A stretch of DNA of 62,777 nt, the filler included, from an uncultured bacterium (GTDB taxonomy: Bacteria; CAZSTA01): assembly GCA_964609495.1 (NCBI GenBank). It is 15 parts of 15 records of this genome, joined end to end, with 100 filler letters (N's around TTAATTAATTAA, not from the genome) between each part and the next. Parts side by side here need not be neighbours in the genome. Positions count along the whole stretch, not along the records: positions 8,901 to 13,133 come from CAZSTA010000254.1; positions 13,234 to 17,450 come from CAZSTA010000255.1; positions 17,551 to 21,761 come from CAZSTA010000256.1; 12 more parts are not named here. One strand, given 5' to 3'. Made by a program: the position numbers and the translations under genes. Below, piece after piece: positions 9,488-18,542 of this stretch. Position 1 is the first letter of the stretch. Every line of letters starts with the position of its first letter. The notes beneath the pieces are model-generated. The model was not told where the DNA came from, searched no databases, and saw only the letters and a program-made list of their open reading frames with translations.

Positions 9488-9634
9488 CACTGCTAGGGTG
9501 GTGTGGACTATCTTTACCTACTTCCTGATTGATCCTCTCCCGAGACATCTCCCCAGGCTGACTCTACCCCATGTCCCAGATCTGATTCTCAATTTATTTT
9601 GGTGACTTGCCACTTCTAGTCCGCCTTGCAAGTT
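9488..9634 (-). ncRNA. Candidate structured ncRNA (rod-like, possibly 6S RNA)
   Basis: Just downstream of a strong minus-strand promoter; no credible ORF; long-range pairings GGACUA/UAGUCC, AUUGA/UCAAU, CUGGGACAU/AUGUCUCGG with G-U pairs that favour this strand. Confidence 0.45.
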
Positions 9635-9640
9635 GATGTA

Positions 9641-9669
9641 GTTATATCTTATGTTCCTTCCCTTGTCAA
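9641..9669 (-). promoter_or_regulatory. Sigma70-type promoter divergent from mreB
   Basis: Minus strand TTGACA-17 nt-TATAAC. Confidence 0.7.
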
Positions 9670-9716
9670 GTATTTTTACTCTCTCTCAGGTTAAAGGAGA
9701 AAGGAGCGAATTATAA

Positions 9717-10730
9717 ATGTTTAGAATATCTAGAGATATGGGGATCGACTTAGGAACTGCCAGCGTTCTTATCTACGTCAAGGATAGAGGGATCGTCCTA
9801 AGAGAGCCCTCGGTCATCGCTATCGATAACATATCCAATAAAGTTCTAGCTGTAGGAGAGGAAGCGAAGAGGATGCTGGGCAAGACTCCGGGCAATATCG
9901 TTGCTCAACGCCCGATGAGGGATGGAGTGATTGCCGACTTCAGGACCACCGAGGTTATGCTAAAGTACTTCATCAGGAAAGCCTGTGGGCAACGGAGATT
10001 AATCAAGCCCCGAGTGGTGATTGGTGTTCCAGCAGGGATAACCGAGGTCGAAAGGAGGGCCGTCTTAGAGGCGAGCCTCAGTGCCGGGGCTCGAAGGGCG
10101 TTCTGTATAGAACAACCCCTCGCGGCAGCTATCGGAGCAGGTATCGATGTAGTTGAGCCAAGTGGGAATATGATCGTAGATATCGGGGGAGGCACAACTA
10201 ACATCGCAGTTATCTCCTTAGGGGGAATGGTTGTCAGCCAATCGCTACGCATTGGAGGAAACGAATTCGATGAGGCTATCCTGCGCTATGTCAGGAAAAA
10301 TTATAACTTAGCGATCGGGGAGAGAACAGCCGAGAATGTAAAGATCCGCATCGGAGTCGCCACAATGCCCGATAGCGAGAAGAAAACAGAGGTCGTTGGG
10401 CTCGATATGGTGACTGGACTTCCTAAAACGATCGAATTAAGCTCTATTGAGGTTTTGGAGGCTCTCTCCGAATCCCTCTCCGCTATCATAGATGGCGTTA
10501 GAGAGATGTTGGAGAAAACTCCTCCAGAGTTGGCCGCAGACATAATGGAGAGGGGGATAATTATGACCGGAGGAAGTTCCCTTCTGCGTAACTTCGATGT
10601 CCTATTGCGCAAGGTCACCGGTACTCCGGTCTATGTCGCCGAAGATCCCATCTCCTGCGTAGCCTTAGGAACGGGCAAAGTGCTAGAGCAGATGGATATT
10701 ATAAAGAGACAAACTATGATGGGTGTATAA
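9717..10730 (+). CDS. mreB: Rod shape-determining protein MreB/Mbl
   Basis: [45 protein letters not shown]. Confidence 0.95.
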   Translation: MFRISRDMGIDLGTASVLIYVKDRGIVLREPSVIAIDNISNKVLAVGEEAKRMLGKTPGNIVAQRPMRDGVIADFRTTEVMLKYFIRKACGQRRLIKPRVVIGVPAGITEVERRAVLEASLSAGARRAFCIEQPLAAAIGAGIDVVEPSGNMIVDIGGGTTNIAVISLGGMVVSQSLRIGGNEFDEAILRYVRKNYNLAIGERTAENVKIRIGVATMPDSEKKTEVVGLDMVTGLPKTIELSSIEVLEALSESLSAIIDGVREMLEKTPPELAADIMERGIIMTGGSSLLRNFDVLLRKVTGTPVYVAEDPISCVALGTGKVLEQMDIIKRQTMMGV

Positions 10731-10732
10731 AT

Positions 10733-12595
10733 TTGAAGAACATTAAAAAGTTACTATCCATTACTTTTATCCTACTCATACTTCTCATTCCCCTTCAGCC
10801 TGTCTTCAGTGCTCAACGCCACTTAATCATTCGCTTAGGGGATAAATCGATATTGGTCAAAGTGGAGGAGAGCGAGGGAAAGCTCTTCTTCCCTCTGAGG
10901 AAGATCACCGAGGGATTAGGGCTTCCGCTGAATGTTCAATCGGGCGGCACTGTGGTCTTTCTCAATAAAGATAGCGGTATAGTTATGCTCAAGGTAGAAG
11001 AGAATTTCTATTGGATGGATGGAAAGAGGATTGAATTATCGACCCCAGCCCGCCTTATAGGAGATCAGATAGTGGTCCCTCTTGACTTCGTCAAATCTGC
11101 TTTGGGGATCGACATAGGTTTGGATGAATTTAAGGAAAGTAGTGAGGTGGCTTCCCCTCCAGATAAAATAGGAGGGGTAGAGGGGAGGACTCCTCCCCCT
11201 AAGGATGAAGATAGGGAGATAATCCCCTCTCCTTCTACCTATCCGACTCAGGCTCATTCTCAATTGATCGGTTTTTCCTATCGCTTGGCGGATCAATCAT
11301 TCCGCTTTATCTTCGAGTTAGATCGAAGGGCAAGTTACAACCTCTTCCGTTTATACAATCCTCCGCGCCTGGTTCTCGATCTCGATAATACCCAACTCGG
11401 ATCGCCGACAAAGGAGCTAATAGTCAATACCGCAGCGGTCGAGAGGATAAGAATGAAGCAGAGATCCGGTAATACAACCAGGATCGTGTTCGATCTCAGT
11501 TATGATTCAATCCCTTATTCTCATTACATCAGACCCAAACCATATCAGATCATAATAGATGTTGCTAGATACTACGAAAGAGAGAGCAAATCAACTCCCT
11601 TAAAGGGAATAGAACGATTTCACCTAGTGCGTTTAGGAGAAGCCGGTCCTCTTAATATCAACGCTTTGAGGATAGATCTTTATAATCCAGATATCGAGGT
11701 CCGCCCCGCAGTTCCCTCGAAGGGCTTCGCCGAGAGGGAAGAGACAAGCCTGATCAGCCTAGAGGAGGGAGCGATAGCTGCCATTAATGGCGCTTTCTAT
11801 GGCGATGAAGGAGATCCAGTAGGGCTATTGATGATCGATGGTTCGGTCTTAAGCGATCCTATATCCCACAGATCTGCGATGGCTATAACCTCGGATCGGC
11901 ATGTTATCTTTTCAAACTTTTCCTTGATCGCCACCGTGAAGGTCAACGGCCAAAAGGCAGTGAAGGTCAATGGGATCAATCGGAGGATGCGGACGGGGGA
12001 GATCATATTATATACTCCAGAATATGGGAAGACCACTAAGACAGATAAATGTAACGAGGCCGCGATTATGCGAGGTAGAGTGGTCTCGTTAAGAACTACC
12101 GGTGATATGATGATCCCCAGAGATGGCTTTGTTCTCTCCTGGCAAGGCAGAGCTGAATTGAATAACTTGAAGTTCTGGGATAAGATCGAGCTTTCCTTCT
12201 CCTTCAACTCCTCTCGCAGTGATATTGTCCATGCTATTGGGGGAGGTCCTCGCCTCGTCAGAGGGGGCAGGCTATTTATAACCTCCGATATGGAGCAATT
12301 TCGTGAGGATGTGACAGCGGGAAGAGCACCTCGTAGCGCAGTAGGGGTTACCTCCAGCGGAAAACTCCTCTTAGTAACCGTAGATGGACGCCAGCCAGGG
12401 AAGAGCGTGGGAATGACACTTGAGGAACTAGGGAAATTGATGCTGGAGTTAGGCGCAGTAGAGGCTATGAATTTGGATGGAGGAGGCTCGACCACTATGG
12501 TCATCGGGGGGAAAGTAGTAAATTACCCCTCAGCGGGAGAGGAACGGAAGATAAGTAGCGCTCTTTTAGTGTTTCATCAGGACTACAGACAGTGA
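10733..12595 (+). CDS. Secreted phosphodiester glycosidase (NAGPA family) with copper-amine-oxidase-N-like and AMIN domains
   Basis: Signal peptide; YNLFRLYNPPRLVLDL (AMIN); AAINGAFY, GGGPRLV, APRSAVG, VTVDGRQ, AMNLDGGGST. Confidence 0.88.
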   Translation: MKNIKKLLSITFILLILLIPLQPVFSAQRHLIIRLGDKSILVKVEESEGKLFFPLRKITEGLGLPLNVQSGGTVVFLNKDSGIVMLKVEENFYWMDGKRIELSTPARLIGDQIVVPLDFVKSALGIDIGLDEFKESSEVASPPDKIGGVEGRTPPPKDEDREIIPSPSTYPTQAHSQLIGFSYRLADQSFRFIFELDRRASYNLFRLYNPPRLVLDLDNTQLGSPTKELIVNTAAVERIRMKQRSGNTTRIVFDLSYDSIPYSHYIRPKPYQIIIDVARYYERESKSTPLKGIERFHLVRLGEAGPLNINALRIDLYNPDIEVRPAVPSKGFAEREETSLISLEEGAIAAINGAFYGDEGDPVGLLMIDGSVLSDPISHRSAMAITSDRHVIFSNFSLIATVKVNGQKAVKVNGINRRMRTGEIILYTPEYGKTTKTDKCNEAAIMRGRVVSLRTTGDMMIPRDGFVLSWQGRAELNNLKFWDKIELSFSFNSSRSDIVHAIGGGPRLVRGGRLFITSDMEQFREDVTAGRAPRSAVGVTSSGKLLLVTVDGRQPGKSVGMTLEELGKLMLELGAVEAMNLDGGGSTTMVIGGKVVNYPSAGEERKISSALLVFHQDYRQ

Positions 12596-12600
12596 CTAAA

Positions 12601-12695
12601 AAGGAAACTCTTTAATTCTGGTAACTTTTTAACCTTATATATTTCGGCAAAAGTTACCAGAACACTTGAGTTTTATTGCCGGCAAAAGTTTCCTT
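12601..12695. repeat. Family B repeat, long nested form (reverse orientation of 51211..51309)
   Basis: Outer AAGGAAACT...AGTTTCCTT enclosing inner TTCTGGTAACTTTT (12616-12629)...AAAAGTTACCAGAA (12649-12662). Confidence 0.85.
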
Positions 12696-12719
12696 ATTAA
12701 AGAAGGGAAGGGTAAAGAT

Positions 12720-13133
12720 ATGTATCTTTCTTCAAAAGGGAAGTTTATAATCACTTTTGCTTTAATATTGATGCTCTTGAACATCTCCAATTCAGCGATT
12801 GGACAGGAGATAATGGGTCTTAAAGAGTTACATCGAGGAATGAAGGGCCTCGGTAAGACCGTGATCCATGGCACTAAGGTGGAGGAGTTCGAGGTTGAGA
12901 TACTCGGCATTCTAAAGAATGTGGGTCTAAACGGAGGAGACCTCATTCTAGTTCAAACAAGTGGGGATCTCATCGAGGAGGTCGGGGGAATAGTCTCTGG
13001 GATGAGCGGCAGTCCGGTGTATATAGATGGCAAGCTGATTGGAGCGATCAGCTTCACCTGGGCCTCCGCCGATAACTCCGTCGGATTAGTCACCCCTATA
13101 GAGTATATGCTCTCGGTGCTCGAGATCAGCGAG
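12720..13133 (+). CDS. SpoIVB-like peptidase S55 domain protein (3' truncated)
   Basis: Signal peptide; GMKGLGKTV, GGIVSGMSGSPVYIDGKLIGAIS, VTPIEYML. Confidence 0.88.
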
Positions 13134-13233
13134 NNNNNNNNNNNNNNNNNNNNNNNNNNNNNNNNNNNNNNNNNNNNTTAATTAATTAANNNNNNNNNNN
13201 NNNNNNNNNNNNNNNNNNNNNNNNNNNNNNNNN

Positions 13234-14376
13234 GAGGACGAGGATATCCATACTAAGATAGAGAATTTTTTGACGGAGAGATATGGAGAGGCAGGCAAGC
13301 GAATCCACACCGCTAGATCGAGAAATGATCAAATAATACTGGATGTTAGGATTTATACTAGGGAGAAGCTTCTCAAGGTCGAGCAGATGTTATTAGCTCT
13401 CTGTCAAGCATTACTCGACTTTAGCGAGAGGAATAAAGATGTGCCTATGCCTGGTTATACTCATCTCCAGAGAGCGATGGGTTCTTCGGTGGGATTATGG
13501 AGCGCCTCCTTTCTGGAGGCCTTGCTCGATGACTTAGTTCTGCTAAGGACAGCATATAAGCTGAATAACCAATGTCCTTTGGGTTCTGCCGCTGGATATG
13601 GGGTCTCCATTCCCATAGATAGACAATTGACCTCGGATCTCTTGGGATTCGAGAAGGTTCAGAATAACACCCTATACGTTCAGAACAGTAGGGGTAAAAT
13701 AGAGGGGATAGTTCTTTCGGCCCTGTCGCAGATAATGTTAGATTTAAGCAGAATGGCAAACGATATGGTGTTATTCTACACCTCCGAGTTTGGCTTCTTC
13801 ACCTTTCCTGATGAGCTTCGCACTGGGAGTAGTATAATGCCTCAGAAGAAGAACTTAGATGTGATGGAGGTGGTGAGAGCTAAAGCTAAGATCATCCTCT
13901 CTTACTGCAGCTTGGAGTATAGCCTTATAGAATCCCTAACCTCGGGATATAGTCGAGATACTAAGGAGACTAAGAAGCCATTGCTAGAAGGACTCGATCT
14001 AACTATCAGCACTTTAGAGGTCTGCGAGTTAGTAGTTCATCAGATAATTGTGAATAAAGATAAGTTGAAGGAAGCTTGCTCGCCAGAGATATTCGCGGCT
14101 GATAGGGCTTATCAATTGGTGAGAGAAGAGGGGATGCCTTTTCGAGATGCTTATAGAAAGGTATCAGCCGATCTTAGTGAATTAAAAGAGATGAAACCTG
14201 AAGAGGTGAAAAATCTTATAATAAGTAAGGATCATCTCGGTGCTCCAGGCAACTTGGGGTTGGATAAGTTGCAAAAGCAGATAGATGAGGGAAAAAGGTT
14301 ACTTAATAGAGAATATGAGTTCTTAGAGAGTAAATATTCCTCTCTCTTAGGAGAAAGGATGTCCTTGAGAAATTGA
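13234..14376 (+). CDS. argH: Argininosuccinate lyase (5' truncated)
   Basis: EDIHT, IHTARSRNDQ, MPGYTHLQRA, TGSSIMPQKKN, GMPFRDAY. Confidence 0.93.
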   Translation, partial: EDEDIHTKIENFLTERYGEAGKRIHTARSRNDQIILDVRIYTREKLLKVEQMLLALCQALLDFSERNKDVPMPGYTHLQRAMGSSVGLWSASFLEALLDDLVLLRTAYKLNNQCPLGSAAGYGVSIPIDRQLTSDLLGFEKVQNNTLYVQNSRGKIEGIVLSALSQIMLDLSRMANDMVLFYTSEFGFFTFPDELRTGSSIMPQKKNLDVMEVVRAKAKIILSYCSLEYSLIESLTSGYSRDTKETKKPLLEGLDLTISTLEVCELVVHQIIVNKDKLKEACSPEIFAADRAYQLVREEGMPFRDAYRKVSADLSELKEMKPEEVKNLIISKDHLGAPGNLGLDKLQKQIDEGKRLLNREYEFLESKYSSLLGERMSLRN

Positions 14377-15875
14377 GTATGGATGAGAATACCGTCGTGA
14401 ATAAACTTAAGGAATTAGTATCGATACCGACTATATCCTCCCCTAAGGATTTTGTCAAGAACGCCGAGAAGATCGGATGGAAATATAGTTTTGAGGAAAC
14501 CTTCAATTTAGCAAAGAATTACTTTGTGGATTGGCTAGGGAACTTCTCCTCTGATATCGAGCAGGAGGAAGTCTTGATCTCAGGAGAATATAGGTTAAAT
14601 AACATATTAGCCTTTTTCGAGGGCGAGAGTGAAGAGGCGATCTTACTGGAAGGACATTACGATGTCGTCAACTCAGATGGCTCCTTTACTCCTCTGATCG
14701 ATAGGGGCAAGGTTTATGGTCGAGGAACAGCGGATATGAAGGGAGGACTTGTAGCGGCGATCTCGGCCTTAGAAACGCTTTTAAGCGAGGGAAAATCCCT
14801 GAGTAACAATGTATATCTTCTGTTGACTTGCGAAGAGGAGGTAGCCGCAAGAGGTATTTTTTCCTTAGCGGAAAAAGATGAAATCCCCTCTTGGATTCAA
14901 GGAGTCGGGTTTTGTGTATGCTTAGAACCCTCATATATGAGGGATTGGCTAGGTATCACCACTGAGCATCCTGGAATAGCCTGTATTAAACCATCCTTGA
15001 GGTTGGAAAATGTCTCTAGCGGACCATTTCAGTATCATCTAAGGATAGATGTCGGAGCAAGAGGGCAAAAGCATTCATCGGCAGAACCATCCACTTTAGA
15101 TCCAAATTTCGCTCTGCTTATGATCTTGAAGGAGATCGGAGATTATTCCCTAAGCAGAATCAGAAGCGATCGAGGGATAAGCGGTGCGGCTAATAAAACT
15201 TCCCTCTATACAGAGTGCGAGATTTCCACCTCTCTGAGAGAGAGGGAGATGCGGGAGTTAATTCACAGGGTAGCTGAGGATTGCATCTCAGGGGCGGAGG
15301 ATCATACGGTCAGGAGATATCTCAGGGAGAGAGGGACAAAAGGAGAACTTATAACCTTAGGAGAAATTAAGAGTGGTAATAGCTTCTACGATTTCTCTCC
15401 GTATGAAGAAGCTCTTCTTAACTTAAAGGGTATGGTATCAAAGTATATCAATCCTCGTTACTCCAGAGCACCTATGACTATTGCAGTTCTCTCAGTCGAA
15501 GAGGGGATCGCTCAGGCGAAGATAGATATAAGAACGGATTCGGCGCTTAGAAGTGATCTTGAGAAGCTCCTAGATCAACTGATACCATTCGAGGTTAAGA
15601 TACTCTGGAACGATCCAGGTCTAGAGCAGAACGAGGTCAAGGATAACAAATTCTGGAAGAGATTTTTAGCATCTTGCGAAGGAGTGGTAGATTGGAGAGA
15701 AGTTCCTCGAGTGGGATGGACTGAGGCTTCAGTGTTGAAAGGTTTTTTCAACATTCCCTGTATCATAGCTGGTCCAGGGCAGATTTATGGGGTAGCTCAC
15801 ACAAGGGAGGAATTTATCTCTATAGATGAGCTCACGAAAACTAAGAGGATTTTGGAGAGATTCATAACGGTTTAA
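14373..15875 (+). CDS. M20 family metallo-hydrolase (ArgE/LysK-like)
   Basis: GHYDVV, YGRGTADMKGG, TCEEE, LEPS, GPG..AHTREE; lies between argH and argR. Confidence 0.8.
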   Translation: MSMDENTVVNKLKELVSIPTISSPKDFVKNAEKIGWKYSFEETFNLAKNYFVDWLGNFSSDIEQEEVLISGEYRLNNILAFFEGESEEAILLEGHYDVVNSDGSFTPLIDRGKVYGRGTADMKGGLVAAISALETLLSEGKSLSNNVYLLLTCEEEVAARGIFSLAEKDEIPSWIQGVGFCVCLEPSYMRDWLGITTEHPGIACIKPSLRLENVSSGPFQYHLRIDVGARGQKHSSAEPSTLDPNFALLMILKEIGDYSLSRIRSDRGISGAANKTSLYTECEISTSLREREMRELIHRVAEDCISGAEDHTVRRYLRERGTKGELITLGEIKSGNSFYDFSPYEEALLNLKGMVSKYINPRYSRAPMTIAVLSVEEGIAQAKIDIRTDSALRSDLEKLLDQLIPFEVKILWNDPGLEQNEVKDNKFWKRFLASCEGVVDWREVPRVGWTEASVLKGFFNIPCIIAGPGQIYGVAHTREEFISIDELTKTKRILERFITV

Positions 15876-15903
15876 ATCTTTAAAAGTAAAGAGGAAGGGA
15901 AAA

Positions 15904-16374
15904 ATGACAAAGAAATTAAAAGCTGAAAGACAGGCAAAGATTATCGAGATCATCAACAACTACCCTATCAACACTCAGAAAGAGTTGATGAATATCCTTA
16001 GGGAAGAGGGATGGGAAGTAACTCAAGCCACGATATCGAGGGATATCGATGAGCTTAGGATAGCTAAAGTTCCTATAAGCACGGGCAAGTATAGATACAC
16101 GATACTTCCTATAGAGCAGTCGGAGGAAGAGATAGTAAATAAATTGAGATCTAGATTTAAGGAAGCTGTGATAAATGTTGATTTCGGAGAGAACGATATC
16201 ATCATCAAGACTCAGAATGCTCACGCTCCTGAAATTGCGGTAGTTATAGACAAGTTATCTTGGCCTGGCATTATGGGAACGATAGCTGGATACGACACAG
16301 TTTTAGTGGTGACGAAGAGTGATGAGAGAGCTAAGGAAATAGCCCAAAAATTCCGAGAGCTCTTGATAGGATAG
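15904..16374 (+). CDS. argR: Arginine repressor
   Basis: RQAKI, TQKEL, VTQATISRDI, GTIAGYDTVLV. Confidence 0.93.
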   Translation: MTKKLKAERQAKIIEIINNYPINTQKELMNILREEGWEVTQATISRDIDELRIAKVPISTGKYRYTILPIEQSEEEIVNKLRSRFKEAVINVDFGENDIIIKTQNAHAPEIAVVIDKLSWPGIMGTIAGYDTVLVVTKSDERAKEIAQKFRELLIG

Positions 16375-16654
16375 ACCCTTATCTTCCCCTTAAAGTGCTA
16401 TCTTCATCATTGAGATATCAAAATACAAGAAAGGGCTATATTGATCGATAGTCTATTCCTTGAATAGGGGATACTATTTTCAGTTATGGCGACGAATTTG
16501 ATAACCGAGTTCCTTTAAGAGAGCTTAGTTTTGTTGCCATAGCTGTTTTTTGTTTTATACCTAACCCCGGCCCCTCTTCCTACCGAATAGAGAGGTTAAG
16601 GGAGAGATTTCTTCCTTATAGGGGATGGGGTATAAGATTCCCGACTTATTGATA

Positions 16655-16683
16655 TTGATTTTTAACCTTGATTATGATATAAT
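16655..16683 (+). promoter_or_regulatory. Possible sigma70 promoter about 330 nt upstream of the repeat-protein gene
   Basis: TTGATT-17 nt-TATAAT with extended -10 TG. Confidence 0.5.
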
Positions 16684-17012
16684 AAAAACGGGTCGATAAA
16701 TTCTTAGGATATATGGACGAAGGGAAGATTTAGCAGAGGTTTTAAAATTAGTAAAGAGGAGAGGTGATATATAATAAGTAATCGAGAGTATTTTTTACAG
16801 GTCTGATATGCTCAGATCTTTTAGTTTGTAGAATGACTAAATCGGTGGCTAATTTCCTGAAGTGATTCCCTTACACCAAGATAGCATCGACCATTGTGAT
16901 GTTATTTGTTCACTCTACATAATCATTTTCAAGTTTGTTCACCTACCTTTCACTCACATCGTTCCTTTTTCTATATAAAAATAACAATTAAACATTAAAA
17001 GGAGGTAGTATA

Positions 17013-17450
17013 ATGTCCACTCGAACCTTTGTAATAGTGGTTGTAATATTCGTCATACTTCTGCTCATCCCAATATTCCAGGTGAGATCTCTGAGAGGAG
17101 AAGTTAATACTCTAACCACAAGGATAGATGAGCTAGAGAAGGCAAAACCTTCTGTAGAAAATCTCAAAGCTGAGGTAATGAAGGATGTAGATGAAAGGCT
17201 TAAAGAGATTGAGATACCAGCGGCTCCAGATATGGAAGCCTTCAAGACCGAAGTATTAGCTGCTGTTCCTCCCACACCAGATCTAGCTACCTTCAGGACG
17301 GGGGTAATGGAAGAGGTAGCTAGTGAGATCGACAAGACAGCGACGGAGATCAAAGCTACTATCCCAGCGGCTCCTGATATGGAAGCCTTCAAGACTGAGG
17401 TATTAGCTGCTGTTCCTCCCGCACCAGATCTAGCTACCTTCAGGACGGGG
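17013..17450 (+). CDS. Membrane-anchored protein with 49-aa tandem repeats, N-terminal part (continues at 34537)
   Basis: GGAGG SD, N-terminal TM helix, coiled coil, 147-nt repeat units starting at 17214 and 17361. Confidence 0.75.
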
Positions 17451-17550
17451 NNNNNNNNNNNNNNNNNNNNNNNNNNNNNNNNNNNNNNNNNNNNTTAATT
17501 AATTAANNNNNNNNNNNNNNNNNNNNNNNNNNNNNNNNNNNNNNNNNNNN

Positions 17551-18516
17551 GATGAACACTTCGTTTTATACGATCTTAAAAGCTCAAACGGTACTTTTCT
17601 AAATACCAAGCGAATCGATAAGGCTATCTTAAGTGACGGAGATATGATATCTCTAGGATACGATGTGGCTAGGCTTAGATTCGCTCAGGAGGTTCATCCT
17701 GAGATCTCCGAAGAGAAGCGAGAGATGAAGGTTGCAGTTGGGAAAGAGGAGGAAGTTTTGGCTGAGTTGATTTTGCTTCCAGATATGGAGCGGGTATTCC
17801 CCTTAACCAAATATTCATTAACGATCGGAAGGGGAGAATCTAACAACATAGTGATTCAAGACCCAGCTATATCTCGAAAACATGCTCAGATAAGCTACTA
17901 TGATGGGCAATTCACGATCTACGATCTGCATAGCTCGAACGGAACTATGGTCAGAGGAAAGCAGATCAGCAAGGAGCCACTCCGAGATGGAGATATAATC
18001 ATCTTAGGGAATAGTAGTTCCTTGGAATTTCATCTTCTCAAAGAGGAGTTGAAGAAGCCTAGGTCCATGGGGGAAGAGGACAAGGGAGCTACGATCCGGG
18101 TTACTCCTCCCGAAGAGAGCGTAGCAACATTGCCTAGATTGATCATAACTCATGGCGATGATGTCGGAAGGGTATATGAACTTTCCTTGACAGTTACCTG
18201 CATAGGGAGGGCTGGTATAAACGATATAGTGTTGGATAATGAATATATTTCAAGACAGCACGCGGCAATCGTATTCGATGACCAAAAGTTCATCTTAAGT
18301 GATCTGGGAAGTTCCAACGGCACTTTTGTGAATGGGGAACAGATAAGTAGGAAGGAGAGAGTGCTTGAGGATAAGGATATAATCCGCTTGGGAAAAGAGG
18401 TTGAATTGGTATTCAGGTCGGGAGAGGGAAAGGAAACTACGATTGGAGAACATATGGCTGGGAAGGAGGAAGTTATCACGACAGTCCCTGATTTAGAGGA
18501 TGAGGATATGAATTAA
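17551..18516 (+). CDS. Multi-FHA domain protein (at least 3 FHA; 5' truncated)
   Basis: DLKSSNGTF, IGR...ISRKHA...DLHSSNGT, IGR...ISRQHA...DLGSSNGTFVNG; frame open from contig start. Confidence 0.9.
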   Translation, partial: DEHFVLYDLKSSNGTFLNTKRIDKAILSDGDMISLGYDVARLRFAQEVHPEISEEKREMKVAVGKEEEVLAELILLPDMERVFPLTKYSLTIGRGESNNIVIQDPAISRKHAQISYYDGQFTIYDLHSSNGTMVRGKQISKEPLRDGDIIILGNSSSLEFHLLKEELKKPRSMGEEDKGATIRVTPPEESVATLPRLIITHGDDVGRVYELSLTVTCIGRAGINDIVLDNEYISRQHAAIVFDDQKFILSDLGSSNGTFVNGEQISRKERVLEDKDIIRLGKEVELVFRSGEGKETTIGEHMAGKEEVITTVPDLEDEDMN

Positions 18517-18542
18517 GGAAAGAATCGAAAGGAGGAAAACTT

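Noticed and set aside
9243..9548. 101-aa minus-strand ORF
   Set aside because: Runs through a repeat and antisense to V-ATPase D, with no recognisable motif or properly spaced SD.
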